A stretch of 64,000 nt of DNA from Candidatus Latescibacterota bacterium (GTDB lineage: Bacteria > Latescibacterota > UBA2968): NCBI GenBank assembly GCA_965207885.1, contig OZ242311.1, positions 1,152,001-1,216,000 on the forward strand. The letters run 5' to 3'. Under the pieces are notes generated by a model, which was not told the DNA's origin, did not search any database, and was given only the letters and a program-made list of their open reading frames with translations. The translations under genes and the position numbers were made by a program. Shown here piece after piece: positions 37,894 to 46,895 of the stretch; positions within the stretch are counted from its first letter, which is position 1, and the number at the start of each line of letters is the position of its first letter.

Positions 37894-39012
37894 TCAGGAT
37901 TCCAATTCGTCGAGCCAGCGCGCTACCACTCGACTGCCTTTTTGTATTTCAGATATGGCTTCGTGGTCGGGTTGCTCCTGTTCGTCAATCAGTCCTTTTC
38001 GGCGGAAGCGGTTTCGGATATAACCACCACAAAGATGCGCGCCTATTGCGCCGGGATTTTTCAGGAGGCCGTAGAGGGCTTCGGCATACCATTTCCCATC
38101 CGCGAGATGATATTCCCCATCCAGATATTTTCCGCTGTCATCCGCGATGGTCTCCCGTGGGCGGGATCCATCTGCCCATAGAACCGGTTTTCCCGTGGCT
38201 GCGTGCCATTCGCGCATGTGTGTGACCGGGTCTCCGAAGTCCTGAAAGCTGAGTACATCAACGTACGGGTCGGCAGCCTGTACAATTTCCATTGGGAGTG
38301 GTGCGAGTGCTTCGTATCGGTCTCCCAAGATTAAGTGATGGGGATCATAACGGCGAATGGCGTCGTGGGTGATTTTGTAGTATCGCTGTGCTAAGTTGAA
38401 GAGTTCAGTCCGACCCGCTTGCGATTCCAATCGTGTGGGATCAAACATGGGTCCGCGCCAGGCCGTGTGTGGGGTTCGGACGTGAACCCAGGTCGGACAG
38501 TCCGAGTAAAAATAGCCGATTAAGTTCGGTTCGTCTCTCAGTCGCGCGCATTCGGATCTGGCGACATAATCGCACCAGTCCTCAAAGTCTTTGCTGAAGA
38601 TGTCGGGATTTTTGTGCCATGCGTTCCACTGATGTGTTTCGATGAAGGGTAGCAGGTGGCAGTAGGGCATCGATAGGGCGCGATATTCTTCCAGGGTGAA
38701 GCTCGGACTGTGCGCGTGTTTTAAGATGGTGACATCCTGTACCCAGCCGACACTGTTGAATCCCCAGGATTTCAGGTCGGGGGCTACGGATTCACAGATC
38801 CACTTGATGCTGTTGTTGTCGTATTTCTGTTTCCAGCGGGGCAGGTTTTCTGGATATAGCAATGGAGAGGAGTCGATGTGATTCAGTCCGACGGAGAAGA
38901 AGGGCTGTCGATCCGGTGTGAGCAAGACCCAGCGTTCGCCGAGTTTTGCGAGGGTGAAGAATCCTTCGGGTGATGTTTGTGTTGTTTCGACTGTTTCCAG
39001 TGTGGTGTTCAT
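37894..39012 (-). CDS. Glycoside hydrolase, GH50/agarase-like
   Basis: WVLLTPD...FFSVGLNH, LKSWGFNS, LIGYF and IRRYDPHHLILGDR. Confidence 0.65.
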   Translation of the reverse strand: MNTTLETVETTQTSPEGFFTLAKLGERWVLLTPDRQPFFSVGLNHIDSSPLLYPENLPRWKQKYDNNSIKWICESVAPDLKSWGFNSVGWVQDVTILKHAHSPSFTLEEYRALSMPYCHLLPFIETHQWNAWHKNPDIFSKDFEDWCDYVARSECARLRDEPNLIGYFYSDCPTWVHVRTPHTAWRGPMFDPTRLESQAGRTELFNLAQRYYKITHDAIRRYDPHHLILGDRYEALAPLPMEIVQAADPYVDVLSFQDFGDPVTHMREWHAATGKPVLWADGSRPRETIADDSGKYLDGEYHLADGKWYAEALYGLLKNPGAIGAHLCGGYIRNRFRRKGLIDEQEQPDHEAISEIQKGSRVVARWLDELES

Positions 39013-39031
39013 TGAAGATCCCTGGTAGTTG

Positions 39032-39418
39032 TTACACTTTGACTTTGTACTTGAGGTCGTTGGCTTCATCACCCGTTATGCCCCGAAACCCCCAGCAATG
39101 TGGTGGTTGTTCTTTGATGGTGATTTCGATGTCTATGGGCGAAATGGATAATTGGTTTTCGATTTCCTTGAATAGTGTTTTGATCAGGTTTTTTTGGGTT
39201 TCCACCTGGCGACCTGCCATCATGTTGATTTCAATGACGGTGTATGCATCTGTGCGACCCTCGGGGTAGTAAAAATCCTCTTTGTCCATGGGCACAAAGC
39301 GGTGTGCCCGCTTATCCTCTGGCAGACCGAGGACGGATTGCATACAGCCGTGAATCACATCGGATAATTTTGCTTTTATGGGATTTAATTTTTTTTTGAT
39401 TCCATATACGACGATCAT
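39032..39418 (-). CDS. Tautomerase family protein
   Basis: LGLPEDKRAHRF, IEINMMAGR and WGFRG motifs. Confidence 0.85.
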   Translation of the reverse strand: MIVVYGIKKKLNPIKAKLSDVIHGCMQSVLGLPEDKRAHRFVPMDKEDFYYPEGRTDAYTVIEINMMAGRQVETQKNLIKTLFKEIENQLSISPIDIEITIKEQPPHCWGFRGITGDEANDLKYKVKV

Positions 39419-39439
39419 GATTTTTCCTTATCCGAACGA

Positions 39440-40522
39440 TTATCCCATCCTCAGACTGCGGTCTTTAAGGGGCAGGTCAATGCGGATGTTGCCGCGGCGG
39501 TGGGATTCTCTTATGGCGATGCCGATTTCAAGGGCTTCGCGGGCAAATTCGCCGGGGCAGATGTCTTCGTGGCCCTGTTCGATAGAGCGACAGACGCCTT
39601 CGATGGCGTCAACCATTGAGCTTCTGGGATGCCATGGTCCCGGGAGATGCGTCTGGGTGGGGGCACCGGTTTCGGGATGTGGGGTCCATATTTCGAACTG
39701 GGCATGGGCGTTGCGGGAGATGATGCGGCCGGTTTCGCCGATGAATTCCAGGGACCAGGCAAAGGAGCTGGTTTCGGAGCGGGAGTTTAAGATGGTGCGG
39801 ATGCCGTTTTCATATACGATGATTCCCGATCCGGGGATGTCGGCATTGGACTGTGCCTGTTCGTCTGTGTCGATGAGGCCGACTACCCATTGGGCTGGCG
39901 CACCGGCAAAGAGGCGGAGTAAGGATAGGGTGTGGCTTTGAATATTGGAGAGGCTGGCGGGGCTGTGGCAGATCATTGTTTTTAAGGGTCCAATGATCCC
40001 GTCGGCAATGAGTCGGCGGGCGTTTGTGTAGTAGCTATACCAGTTGAGGTGACAGGCCATTGAGAGGATGACGTTGTTTTTGGCGCAGGCGTCGATCATG
40101 GCATCGGCATCGGCCAATGTGCGACACATTGGTTTGGTGGCGAAAATGGCTTTGACTCCCAGTTCGGCCAGGCCGACCGTGATTTCAGCGCGGGGTTCGG
40201 GGCGGGTGGTCAGGCATACCACGTCGATTTGTTCTTTTTCGACCATTTCCCGGTAATCGGTGTACAGGGCTGATACGTCCCAGCGCTGTTTGAAGTCCTC
40301 GAGTTTGGCGGGGTCATCATCAGCGGCAGCTACAAGATCGATCCCCCGGGCTTCAATCATTGCAGGCGCGTGTGCCCAGGGCCATGGGTAATGGGGCATG
40401 CCGATGTGTTCGTCGTCAATGGTGCTGCCCATTCTACCGCATCCTACAACAGCACCGCGATAGGTATTTTGGGGAGCGGTATCTCGCACGGTCTGAAAGG
40501 CTTTACCTTTGGGTTCGGCCAT
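39440..40522 (-). CDS. Gfo/Idh/MocA oxidoreductase
   Basis: VGCGRMG, YTDYREM and TKPM (EKP variant). Confidence 0.85.
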   Translation of the reverse strand: MAEPKGKAFQTVRDTAPQNTYRGAVVGCGRMGSTIDDEHIGMPHYPWPWAHAPAMIEARGIDLVAAADDDPAKLEDFKQRWDVSALYTDYREMVEKEQIDVVCLTTRPEPRAEITVGLAELGVKAIFATKPMCRTLADADAMIDACAKNNVILSMACHLNWYSYYTNARRLIADGIIGPLKTMICHSPASLSNIQSHTLSLLRLFAGAPAQWVVGLIDTDEQAQSNADIPGSGIIVYENGIRTILNSRSETSSFAWSLEFIGETGRIISRNAHAQFEIWTPHPETGAPTQTHLPGPWHPRSSMVDAIEGVCRSIEQGHEDICPGEFAREALEIGIAIRESHRRGNIRIDLPLKDRSLRMG

Positions 40523-40543
40523 TGGGTTCTCCTCTGTAAGCTG

Positions 40544-41299
40544 TTAAGCGCTCTTTTGCACAATAAGCAACTCGCGGTGTTCGTTGGTTTCAATGCCTCG
40601 CTGCGTGGTGTATTTCTCAAGAATCTGGTTAATGCATTGCCAGTGTTTTTCGATTTCAAATTTTTCGGGCAACGGGACTGTGTGTAGCCATAAGAGAAGT
40701 GATTCAACATCACAGAACCAATACGCGACGTCGTATTCCATGAGCGCGATAATGCGATTGCCGCGTTGCTGGAAAGTTTTGGCGTGTTCTTTAGCAGGCG
40801 ACCACCAATCCTTGCCAAAACTATTGCTTGTCCAACAGAATGCTGCCAGGATATTGGACGTATTGCGATGTCCTACCCCCTGGGTGATAAAATACCCTCC
40901 CGTGCGTAGCACACGCAAAACTTCATCTATATTGACAACAGAATGTCGATTTAAAACAATATCAAAATTTGAGTCAGGCAATTGCAGCGCATCAGCACTC
41001 ATGACATTGAAAGAGACGTTGTTTATCTGCATTTTGGATTGGTTCTTATGAGCTGTTTGAATCATTTCGTCGCTGATGTCGATACCAATGCCTTTGCCGA
41101 AGTCCGGTGATAGAGTGAGAAACTTTTCGCCGCCACCTGTTCCTATATCAAGGACGCGAGATGATGAGGTGAGGTAGTTGCGAACCAGAGTCATATAATC
41201 CCAGGGTACGGGATCTCGTCCATCTCTTACGGCAGAGAAATCCCATCCCTGAATTTTTCCAATAGACGCTGCGATTTGTTTTAGCTCTTTAAGCGTCAT
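40544..41299 (-). CDS. Class I SAM-dependent methyltransferase
   Basis: VLDIGTGGGE motif I and FDIVLNRH. Confidence 0.88.
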   Translation of the reverse strand: MTLKELKQIAASIGKIQGWDFSAVRDGRDPVPWDYMTLVRNYLTSSSRVLDIGTGGGEKFLTLSPDFGKGIGIDISDEMIQTAHKNQSKMQINNVSFNVMSADALQLPDSNFDIVLNRHSVVNIDEVLRVLRTGGYFITQGVGHRNTSNILAAFCWTSNSFGKDWWSPAKEHAKTFQQRGNRIIALMEYDVAYWFCDVESLLLWLHTVPLPEKFEIEKHWQCINQILEKYTTQRGIETNEHRELLIVQKSA

Positions 41300-41306
41300 C
41301 TCGTTT

Positions 41307-41861
41307 TTAAGCGTGTAACATCCTCATGAATGTGTCATAGTTTGAAAAGTCTTCAATCCAGCACTCACATTTTCCTTTTAAGCGTGGTCCTACGCCTATG
41401 AAATGCCAGCCCAGTTTTTTGGTTGCCTGGATATCCCACACAGCATCACCGACATATACGATGCGATGGAAATCATTCCCCAATGCAGATAGACATTTTT
41501 TCATGATCTCCACACGCTCGTCGCTATTATCACTGGAAAATAGAACCATATTTTTCAAGTTAAATCCCGCATGCCTGAGTTTCATTTTGGCGGTATGTTT
41601 CCAGCCGCCTGTGGCAATTCCAATTTTATAGTGCCGATCAGATAGAAGTTTGTCAATCAGGCAAATCGCCCCTTTCTTTGGGCGGCATTCGCCGCCATTT
41701 TCAAGATACTGTTCAATCAATTCACCGAATTTTTTGCGGATTTCTTCAATTTGCCCCTCTTCTTGAATTTTATTTTCTTCCATTATTTGTCGCAACAGAC
41801 CTGAATCCGTTACGTTTTTGTATTTGCTCCAATCATCGTGGATGTAAATTTCTCCCAGGAC
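41307..41861 (-). pseudogene. HAD hydrolase with its 5' end truncated by IS3
   Basis: Motifs IATG and YVGDAVWD present. The frame is open up to the IS end and the N-terminal DxD motif is missing. Confidence 0.75.
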
Positions 41862-41866
41862 TGGAG

Positions 41867-42718
41867 TTACCCCGTTTTAGTGGATAGTGTAGAACTTTCA
41901 ACCCCGTCACCTTTTGCCATCAGTTTTTCATAGGTGATGGGCGATTGGTACCTGATCGCAGAGTGTCTGCGGTGTGGGTTATACCACCCTTCAATATACT
42001 CGAAGATAGACAGTTTGGCCTGATTATGATTGGGGAAGCTATGCCGGTCTATCAACTCGCATTCAAGGGTAGCAAAGAAGCTTTCACACAAGGCATTGTC
42101 AAAGCAATCGCCAACCGATCCGACAGAGGGTTTGACCCCCATTCTTGCACAGCGTTGACCAAAGGCATAAGAGGTATATTGAGCGCCTTGATCTGAATGA
42201 TGGATGACCCCATCTGGTCGTCGGTTCCAAAGTGCCATATCCAAGGCATCTAAGACCAGTTGGGTCTTCAGATGCGAGGCCATTGCCCAACCAACTACGC
42301 GTCTGGAGAAGGCGTCGAGAACAACAGAGAGATACAAAAAGCCAGACCAGGTTTTTATGTAGGTAATATCAGCGACCCACAGCTTGTTGGGCTTATCAAC
42401 CCTAAAGTCTCGCTTAACCAGATCAGGGGCTTTCTCGTCTGTGATAGACCGGTATGTAGTCAGGATACCTTTTCTTCGGCTCACACCACATATATTGGCT
42501 TGTCGCATCAGTCTTGCGACCCGTTTCTTGCTGATGTGGACACCTACTTCGCGCAGATCCTGAAAGATACGCGGTGCGCCATAGGTTCCATTAGAACGCT
42601 GATGAAAGGTGCTTATTTGTTCTGTTAACTTTTCATCGTCCTTTGCCCGTTTAGATAAAGGTCTATTACACCAGGCATAATACCCACTGGTGGAGACACC
42701 CAGCACGCGGCATAGCAT
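41867..42718 (-). CDS. IS3 transposase OrfB (DDE)
   Basis: WVADIT, HHSDQG, DNALCESFF and YNPHRRHS. Likely fused to OrfA by a -1 frameshift at C CCA AAA (42769-42763). Confidence 0.93.
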   Translation of the reverse strand: MLCRVLGVSTSGYYAWCNRPLSKRAKDDEKLTEQISTFHQRSNGTYGAPRIFQDLREVGVHISKKRVARLMRQANICGVSRRKGILTTYRSITDEKAPDLVKRDFRVDKPNKLWVADITYIKTWSGFLYLSVVLDAFSRRVVGWAMASHLKTQLVLDALDMALWNRRPDGVIHHSDQGAQYTSYAFGQRCARMGVKPSVGSVGDCFDNALCESFFATLECELIDRHSFPNHNQAKLSIFEYIEGWYNPHRRHSAIRYQSPITYEKLMAKGDGVESSTLSTKTG

Positions 42719-42747
42719 GGTGATCGGATGGATGGCCTGATGCGCCT

Positions 42748-43059
42748 TTATGTATCTGAAGATTTTGGGGGTATCGCATCGGTCTCCGCTGCGAACCAGG
42801 CCGCGGCTTTTGCAAGGATCTCACGCTCTTGACGCAAGCGTTTATTTTCTTTGCGAAGCCGCTGAAGTTCTTCTCGCTCACGACTGGTCAACCCATCGTC
42901 CCGACGGCCTTCATCGCGGTCTGCTTGACGCACCCAGGCACTGATCGTCTGAGCGGTCGGCTCAAACTCTTTGGCCAAATCGCTGGCACTACGGCCTGAT
43001 CTGACCAGCGCGACCATTTGCTGGCGAAATGCTGATGGATATGATCTTTTTCTTCCCAT
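42748..43059 (-). CDS. IS3 transposase OrfA (HTH + leucine zipper)
   Basis: ELQRLRKENKRLRQEREILAKAAAWFA. Confidence 0.92.
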   Translation of the reverse strand: MGRKRSYPSAFRQQMVALVRSGRSASDLAKEFEPTAQTISAWVRQADRDEGRRDDGLTSREREELQRLRKENKRLRQEREILAKAAAWFAAETDAIPPKSSDT

Positions 43060-43147
43060 TGCGGACTCCTTTCTCTGAAAGAGATAAGTTGTCCACTAAA
43101 ACGGGTCAAGTCCACATTGATGCAGGACATTTTTGTTTATGATAATC

Positions 43148-43756
43148 TCATTGAGAGGACGAGTTTCGTTGGACCCATTTCTCAATCTCAGGTTTCGCCA
43201 CTTCGATGATCTCAATAAGGCGGTTGCCTATATCCTCAACTACACGATCAGGATCAGTGTGCATCTTGATAAGGGTATCTTTATTACTCCAATCTGTGTA
43301 GTTCCAATAGGGAGATTTCCAAGGGGGTGATTTTAGAGGCTGATACCAAATCCACCACTTCGAGCGTTTGCCTTTTCCTAATTCCTCATCCAGCTTACAG
43401 CTGAGGTGCTGCATTAATGCATTTGACTCAGGATCACTACCAACTCCGATGATATGATTACTGAGATCCTTAGCCTGCTTCTGAAGTATTATATATACCG
43501 GTTCGTTTTTTAACACAGCAAATTTTCGAGACACGCCAAAACTAAGGTAGTTGGCCCCATAGGGGTTGTCGCAAAGCCCTGTTTCCCAACACCACTGCGA
43601 CATATCAAGTTTTTTGCAGATAAAGCCTTTGAGTTTCTCCAAAAAAGTTTTGATTATTAGTTCGCGAATCTCCTGGGTCAAGTCCATAATATCCAGTGCC
43701 ACGTCCAGATTTTCCAAAACATGTTCGATAACAATTTTTCTTTTATTCGTATGCAT
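43148..43756 (-). CDS. Hypothetical Trp-rich protein (partner or detached C-terminus of the upstream nuclease)
   Basis: GAGGAG RBS; 14-nt overlap with the upstream gene. Confidence 0.55.
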   Translation of the reverse strand: MHTNKRKIVIEHVLENLDVALDIMDLTQEIRELIIKTFLEKLKGFICKKLDMSQWCWETGLCDNPYGANYLSFGVSRKFAVLKNEPVYIILQKQAKDLSNHIIGVGSDPESNALMQHLSCKLDEELGKGKRSKWWIWYQPLKSPPWKSPYWNYTDWSNKDTLIKMHTDPDRVVEDIGNRLIEIIEVAKPEIEKWVQRNSSSQ

Positions 43757-44447
43757 CACCGTTCTCCTCAAAAGTAAAAGGTGGTCGGAACACGTCACGG
43801 ATGTAATCCCTAAAATCGTGCAAAAACCAGCGGAATTTATCGGACTTGCATAGTTGCCAGCACTCCTCAATCCATTCCGGAATATCTGACCTATATGAAA
43901 GCAGGTATAACTCGCCCTTCTGAATAAGATTGTCGGGGTTTTCTATGGTTTCGGGTTTTCTGCCATCTGGAGTAATATAAATCAGGCAACATCGTTTATA
44001 TGTACCTTTGAGATGCTGGTAGTAATCCCTTAGTTGGTACTCCTGTTCACGATCCCAAGGCTTATTCTCAATGCCAATCCCGAAACCTTCAAAACCAACA
44101 GTAATATCGATTCGGCGATGCTGATTTTCGTTGTAGTGAGTTGGATCTTCGCGCTTGACTTGTCGTTGTTTGCAGGATAGTTCAGCTACTTGGCCAGGAT
44201 TGAACAGACACCTGAGAAACGCATCAAGAAACTTGCCTTGCTGACCATGGGAACCATTGGCATCAAGCAGACAGGCGATAATATCGGAAAGACGATTTTC
44301 ATTAGGTCTGATAAATTCGGAGATGACATTGAAATCTGTTGAAAGAAAAGGGTCCCAACGCCGTTTTTCTTCTCGATAAATTTGGAGCTTTTGGCGCAGG
44401 ATCGAAGAGAACATCTCTAAACGCTGCCTGTAGTTCTGCTCATCCAT
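43743..44447 (-). CDS. PD-(D/E)XK nuclease superfamily protein (PDDEXK_4-like)
   Basis: ENRLSDIIACLLD..GSHGQ, RIDI...IENK and QLRDY. Confidence 0.8.
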   Translation of the reverse strand: MDEQNYRQRLEMFSSILRQKLQIYREEKRRWDPFLSTDFNVISEFIRPNENRLSDIIACLLDANGSHGQQGKFLDAFLRCLFNPGQVAELSCKQRQVKREDPTHYNENQHRRIDITVGFEGFGIGIENKPWDREQEYQLRDYYQHLKGTYKRCCLIYITPDGRKPETIENPDNLIQKGELYLLSYRSDIPEWIEECWQLCKSDKFRWFLHDFRDYIRDVFRPPFTFEENGDAYE

Positions 44448-44664
44448 CTTTGATCTCCTTTCAGCAGCTTTTCTGTCTATTTACTGGTTTTTCTTAATCA
44501 CTCCTGATGAGTCTAAAATATAGCCAAGATCATTTAAGAATTCGATTTTTTTTAAAATCTTTGCCTCCAGCCTCAGTATCAGCCCCTAACTTTCTCTTGA
44601 CCCCAAAAATTTAGACATTTATACTTCATTTGAGACACTCTTCATCGCAAAAAGGAGATTTAAC

Positions 44665-45015
44665 ATGTCAAAAATCACCATCTACCACAACCCCAACTGA
44701 AGCAAATCCAATGGCGCAATGGATATATTGCGCGCTGGCAACGTCGAGTTCGACGTCATTGAATACTTGAAAACACCGCTGAGCGAACAGGACTTGAGAA
44801 AATTTCTCGCGCTTCTGCCCGGTGAACCCAAAGACATGATTCACCCCAGTTCCTTTGAAAAACTGGGACGCGACATGGATGATTACAATACCCCCGATGC
44901 ACTCGTCGGCTTGCTTTTGGAACATCCAGAAGTCATGAACCGCCCCGTGTGCATTCGCGGAGATCGCGCAGTCATTGCCCGACCCTCAGAAGCCGTGCAT
45001 GAACTCTTCGACTAA
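44665..45015 (+). CDS. ArsC/Spx-family reductase, predicted selenoprotein (Sec12; UGA at 44698-44700)
   Basis: AAGGAG RBS. MSKITIYHNPN-UGA-SKS matches HNPxCSKS and is in frame with ORF 44719-45015 (EYLKTP, NRP, IARP). Confidence 0.88.
44714..44733 (+). promoter_or_regulatory. Candidate bacterial SECIS hairpin
   Basis: GCGCAAT-GGATAT-ATTGCGC, a perfect 7-bp stem 13 nt after the UGA. Confidence 0.65.
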
Positions 45016-45017
45016 AA

Positions 45018-45053
45018 AAACAGCCGCCGAGACCTGAACCTCAGCGGCTGTTT
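45018..45053. terminator. Bidirectional terminator
   Basis: AAACAGCCGC...GCGGCTGTTT between convergent genes. Confidence 0.75.
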
Positions 45054-45072
45054 CTATTTACATCTTATAACC

Positions 45073-45861
45073 TCACGCCCCCTCTACCGCTTTTCTCAAC
45101 TCATCGCCATTGCTTCGCCACCACGAATGCAAAACTGAGATATCCACCCCGATATTGAAATGCCGCACACCCATATCGAGATATTCCTTTGCCTCATCGG
45201 GTGACATAATCTCTGCACGGGGATGAACGCCCATACTCAACGCAGTCTTGAACACCTCATTCCTTGCATCTGCCACTGCGGGATCACCGCGCTGCCCCGC
45301 CTTGCCAACACTCATCGAATAATCCGAAGGTCCCCATTGCACCATATCCACGCCTGGAACTGAAAGAATCGCCTCCAGATTCTCCACCGCCTCCTTCTTT
45401 TCGATCATCAAAACCACAACAGTCTCTCGCATCGCCTTCACATACTCCGGTCCTCCGCCATATCCCATATACGTATTGCGCCGCGTGTACACACTGTACA
45501 AACCGCCATCCTCCGGCGTATCTGGAAGCGTAACGCGCACACATTCCTTCGCATCTTCTTCCGTGCGACAATCCGTAAACAAAATACTCCCAAAACCAGA
45601 CCCGATCGCCCGCTGCGACAAAAAGTACTGATGGCTGCGATCGATTTTGAACATCATACCCATATTGTACAACTCGGCTGCGCGGCACAAATTGTCGAGA
45701 TCGTAGAGATCAAACGTGCCGTATTCGCCAACGTATTCGACATAGTCGTAAAGTCCCGTATGTCCAATCGCCTCAACAATCGCCGGCCAACTCGAATGAA
45801 TGCGCGTGCCAATCGTGGGTTCGCCCGCATCCAATTTTTCTCTAATTCTATTGGGTTTCAA
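45073..45861 (-). CDS. HpcH/HpaI aldolase family protein
   Basis: VLMIEKKEAVENLEAILSVPGVDMVQWGPSDYS. TTG start. Confidence 0.88.
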   Translation of the reverse strand: MKPNRIREKLDAGEPTIGTRIHSSWPAIVEAIGHTGLYDYVEYVGEYGTFDLYDLDNLCRAAELYNMGMMFKIDRSHQYFLSQRAIGSGFGSILFTDCRTEEDAKECVRVTLPDTPEDGGLYSVYTRRNTYMGYGGGPEYVKAMRETVVVLMIEKKEAVENLEAILSVPGVDMVQWGPSDYSMSVGKAGQRGDPAVADARNEVFKTALSMGVHPRAEIMSPDEAKEYLDMGVRHFNIGVDISVLHSWWRSNGDELRKAVEGA

Positions 45862-45886
45862 AATAAACTCCTTTGTAAGTGGTTAA

Positions 45887-46777
45887 TCACCCAAACAACG
45901 ACTTAAAAACCCGCTTCGTCCTGTCCAACACATCTTCAGATAACACTTCTCCATCTGAAATTTTCACATTATCTGCGAGATGATCCACATTGGTCGATCC
46001 CACAATAGCAGTACACACATCTTCGTGAGACAGCGTAAACCGCAACGCGAATTCAATCAGCGGCATATCGTCCGCCAATTCCCGCAACGGCATCTGCTGT
46101 GCCCGATCCCACGGATCGCCCATATACGAACCGTCTGGCCGTTCAGATCTGAGATACACCCCATTGGCAATCGGACGCTTGATAATCGTCCCCATACCCC
46201 GATCGCGCAAAGTCGGCATCAAATTTTCAGCAGACTCCTGGAACAACACATTGTACGTAAACTCCTGCGTATCTAAATCCCACCTCTTCGCCGCCGCAGC
46301 CGCTGCCGATCCATCAGCTGATACACCGACAAACTTCGTCCATCCCCTATCCTTAGCTTCCAACAGCGCGTCAAACGCCGCATCCCAATCGTCCGCTTCT
46401 CCAGGCAACCCGTGAAATTGCACAATATCGATCACATCCATCTTCAGCCTTGATCGACTCGTATCAATCGTCCTCAAAATACCCTCGGGCGAATAATCCT
46501 TTACAATCTCGCGCTTGCCGCCATTGATCACCTGATAATCGCCGCACTTTGTCGCCAGAACAAAATCGTCCTGCCGATGGGCGATAAACTTCCCGATCCG
46601 CTCTTCGCTATCGCCATACATCGCAGCCGTATCGATAAACGCGATACCCAAATCGAGTACCTGATTCAGCACCGATTCGACCTGCGACTCCGGCAGTAAT
46701 GGATTCCCAATCTGCGCTGCGCCAAAACCGATCTCCGAGACCTGTAAACCCGTCTTTCCCAGCATCCGAAATTTCAT
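45887..46777 (-). CDS. Aldo/keto reductase
   Basis: LGKTGLQVSEIGFG, IDTAAMYG and LATKCG. Confidence 0.9.
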   Translation of the reverse strand: MKFRMLGKTGLQVSEIGFGAAQIGNPLLPESQVESVLNQVLDLGIAFIDTAAMYGDSEERIGKFIAHRQDDFVLATKCGDYQVINGGKREIVKDYSPEGILRTIDTSRSRLKMDVIDIVQFHGLPGEADDWDAAFDALLEAKDRGWTKFVGVSADGSAAAAAAKRWDLDTQEFTYNVLFQESAENLMPTLRDRGMGTIIKRPIANGVYLRSERPDGSYMGDPWDRAQQMPLRELADDMPLIEFALRFTLSHEDVCTAIVGSTNVDHLADNVKISDGEVLSEDVLDRTKRVFKSLFG

Positions 46778-46895
46778 CTCAATACTCTCACTCTGCCTTC
46801 ACGCATTCCGATATTTGCACAAGTCACCTAAATGTCGTATATAATACAACCAAAATCCACTAAAACCACCAAAAAATCTCACGGAACAAATCTAC

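Larger units (their letters stand above)
41862..43114 (-). mobile_element. IS3-family insertion sequence, 1253 bp
   Basis: TG...CA ends with imperfect IRs (TGGAGTTACCCCGTTTTAGTGGA / TGGACTTGACCCGTTTTAGTGGA), orfA and orfB; no target duplication visible. Confidence 0.93.

Noticed and set aside
44500-44545. CTGATGAG as a hammerhead ribozyme core
   Set aside because: No stem II followed by GAAA, and no flanking helices.
41000-44700. dif site at the skew change
   Set aside because: No recognisable XerC/XerD-type 28-bp site was found by eye.
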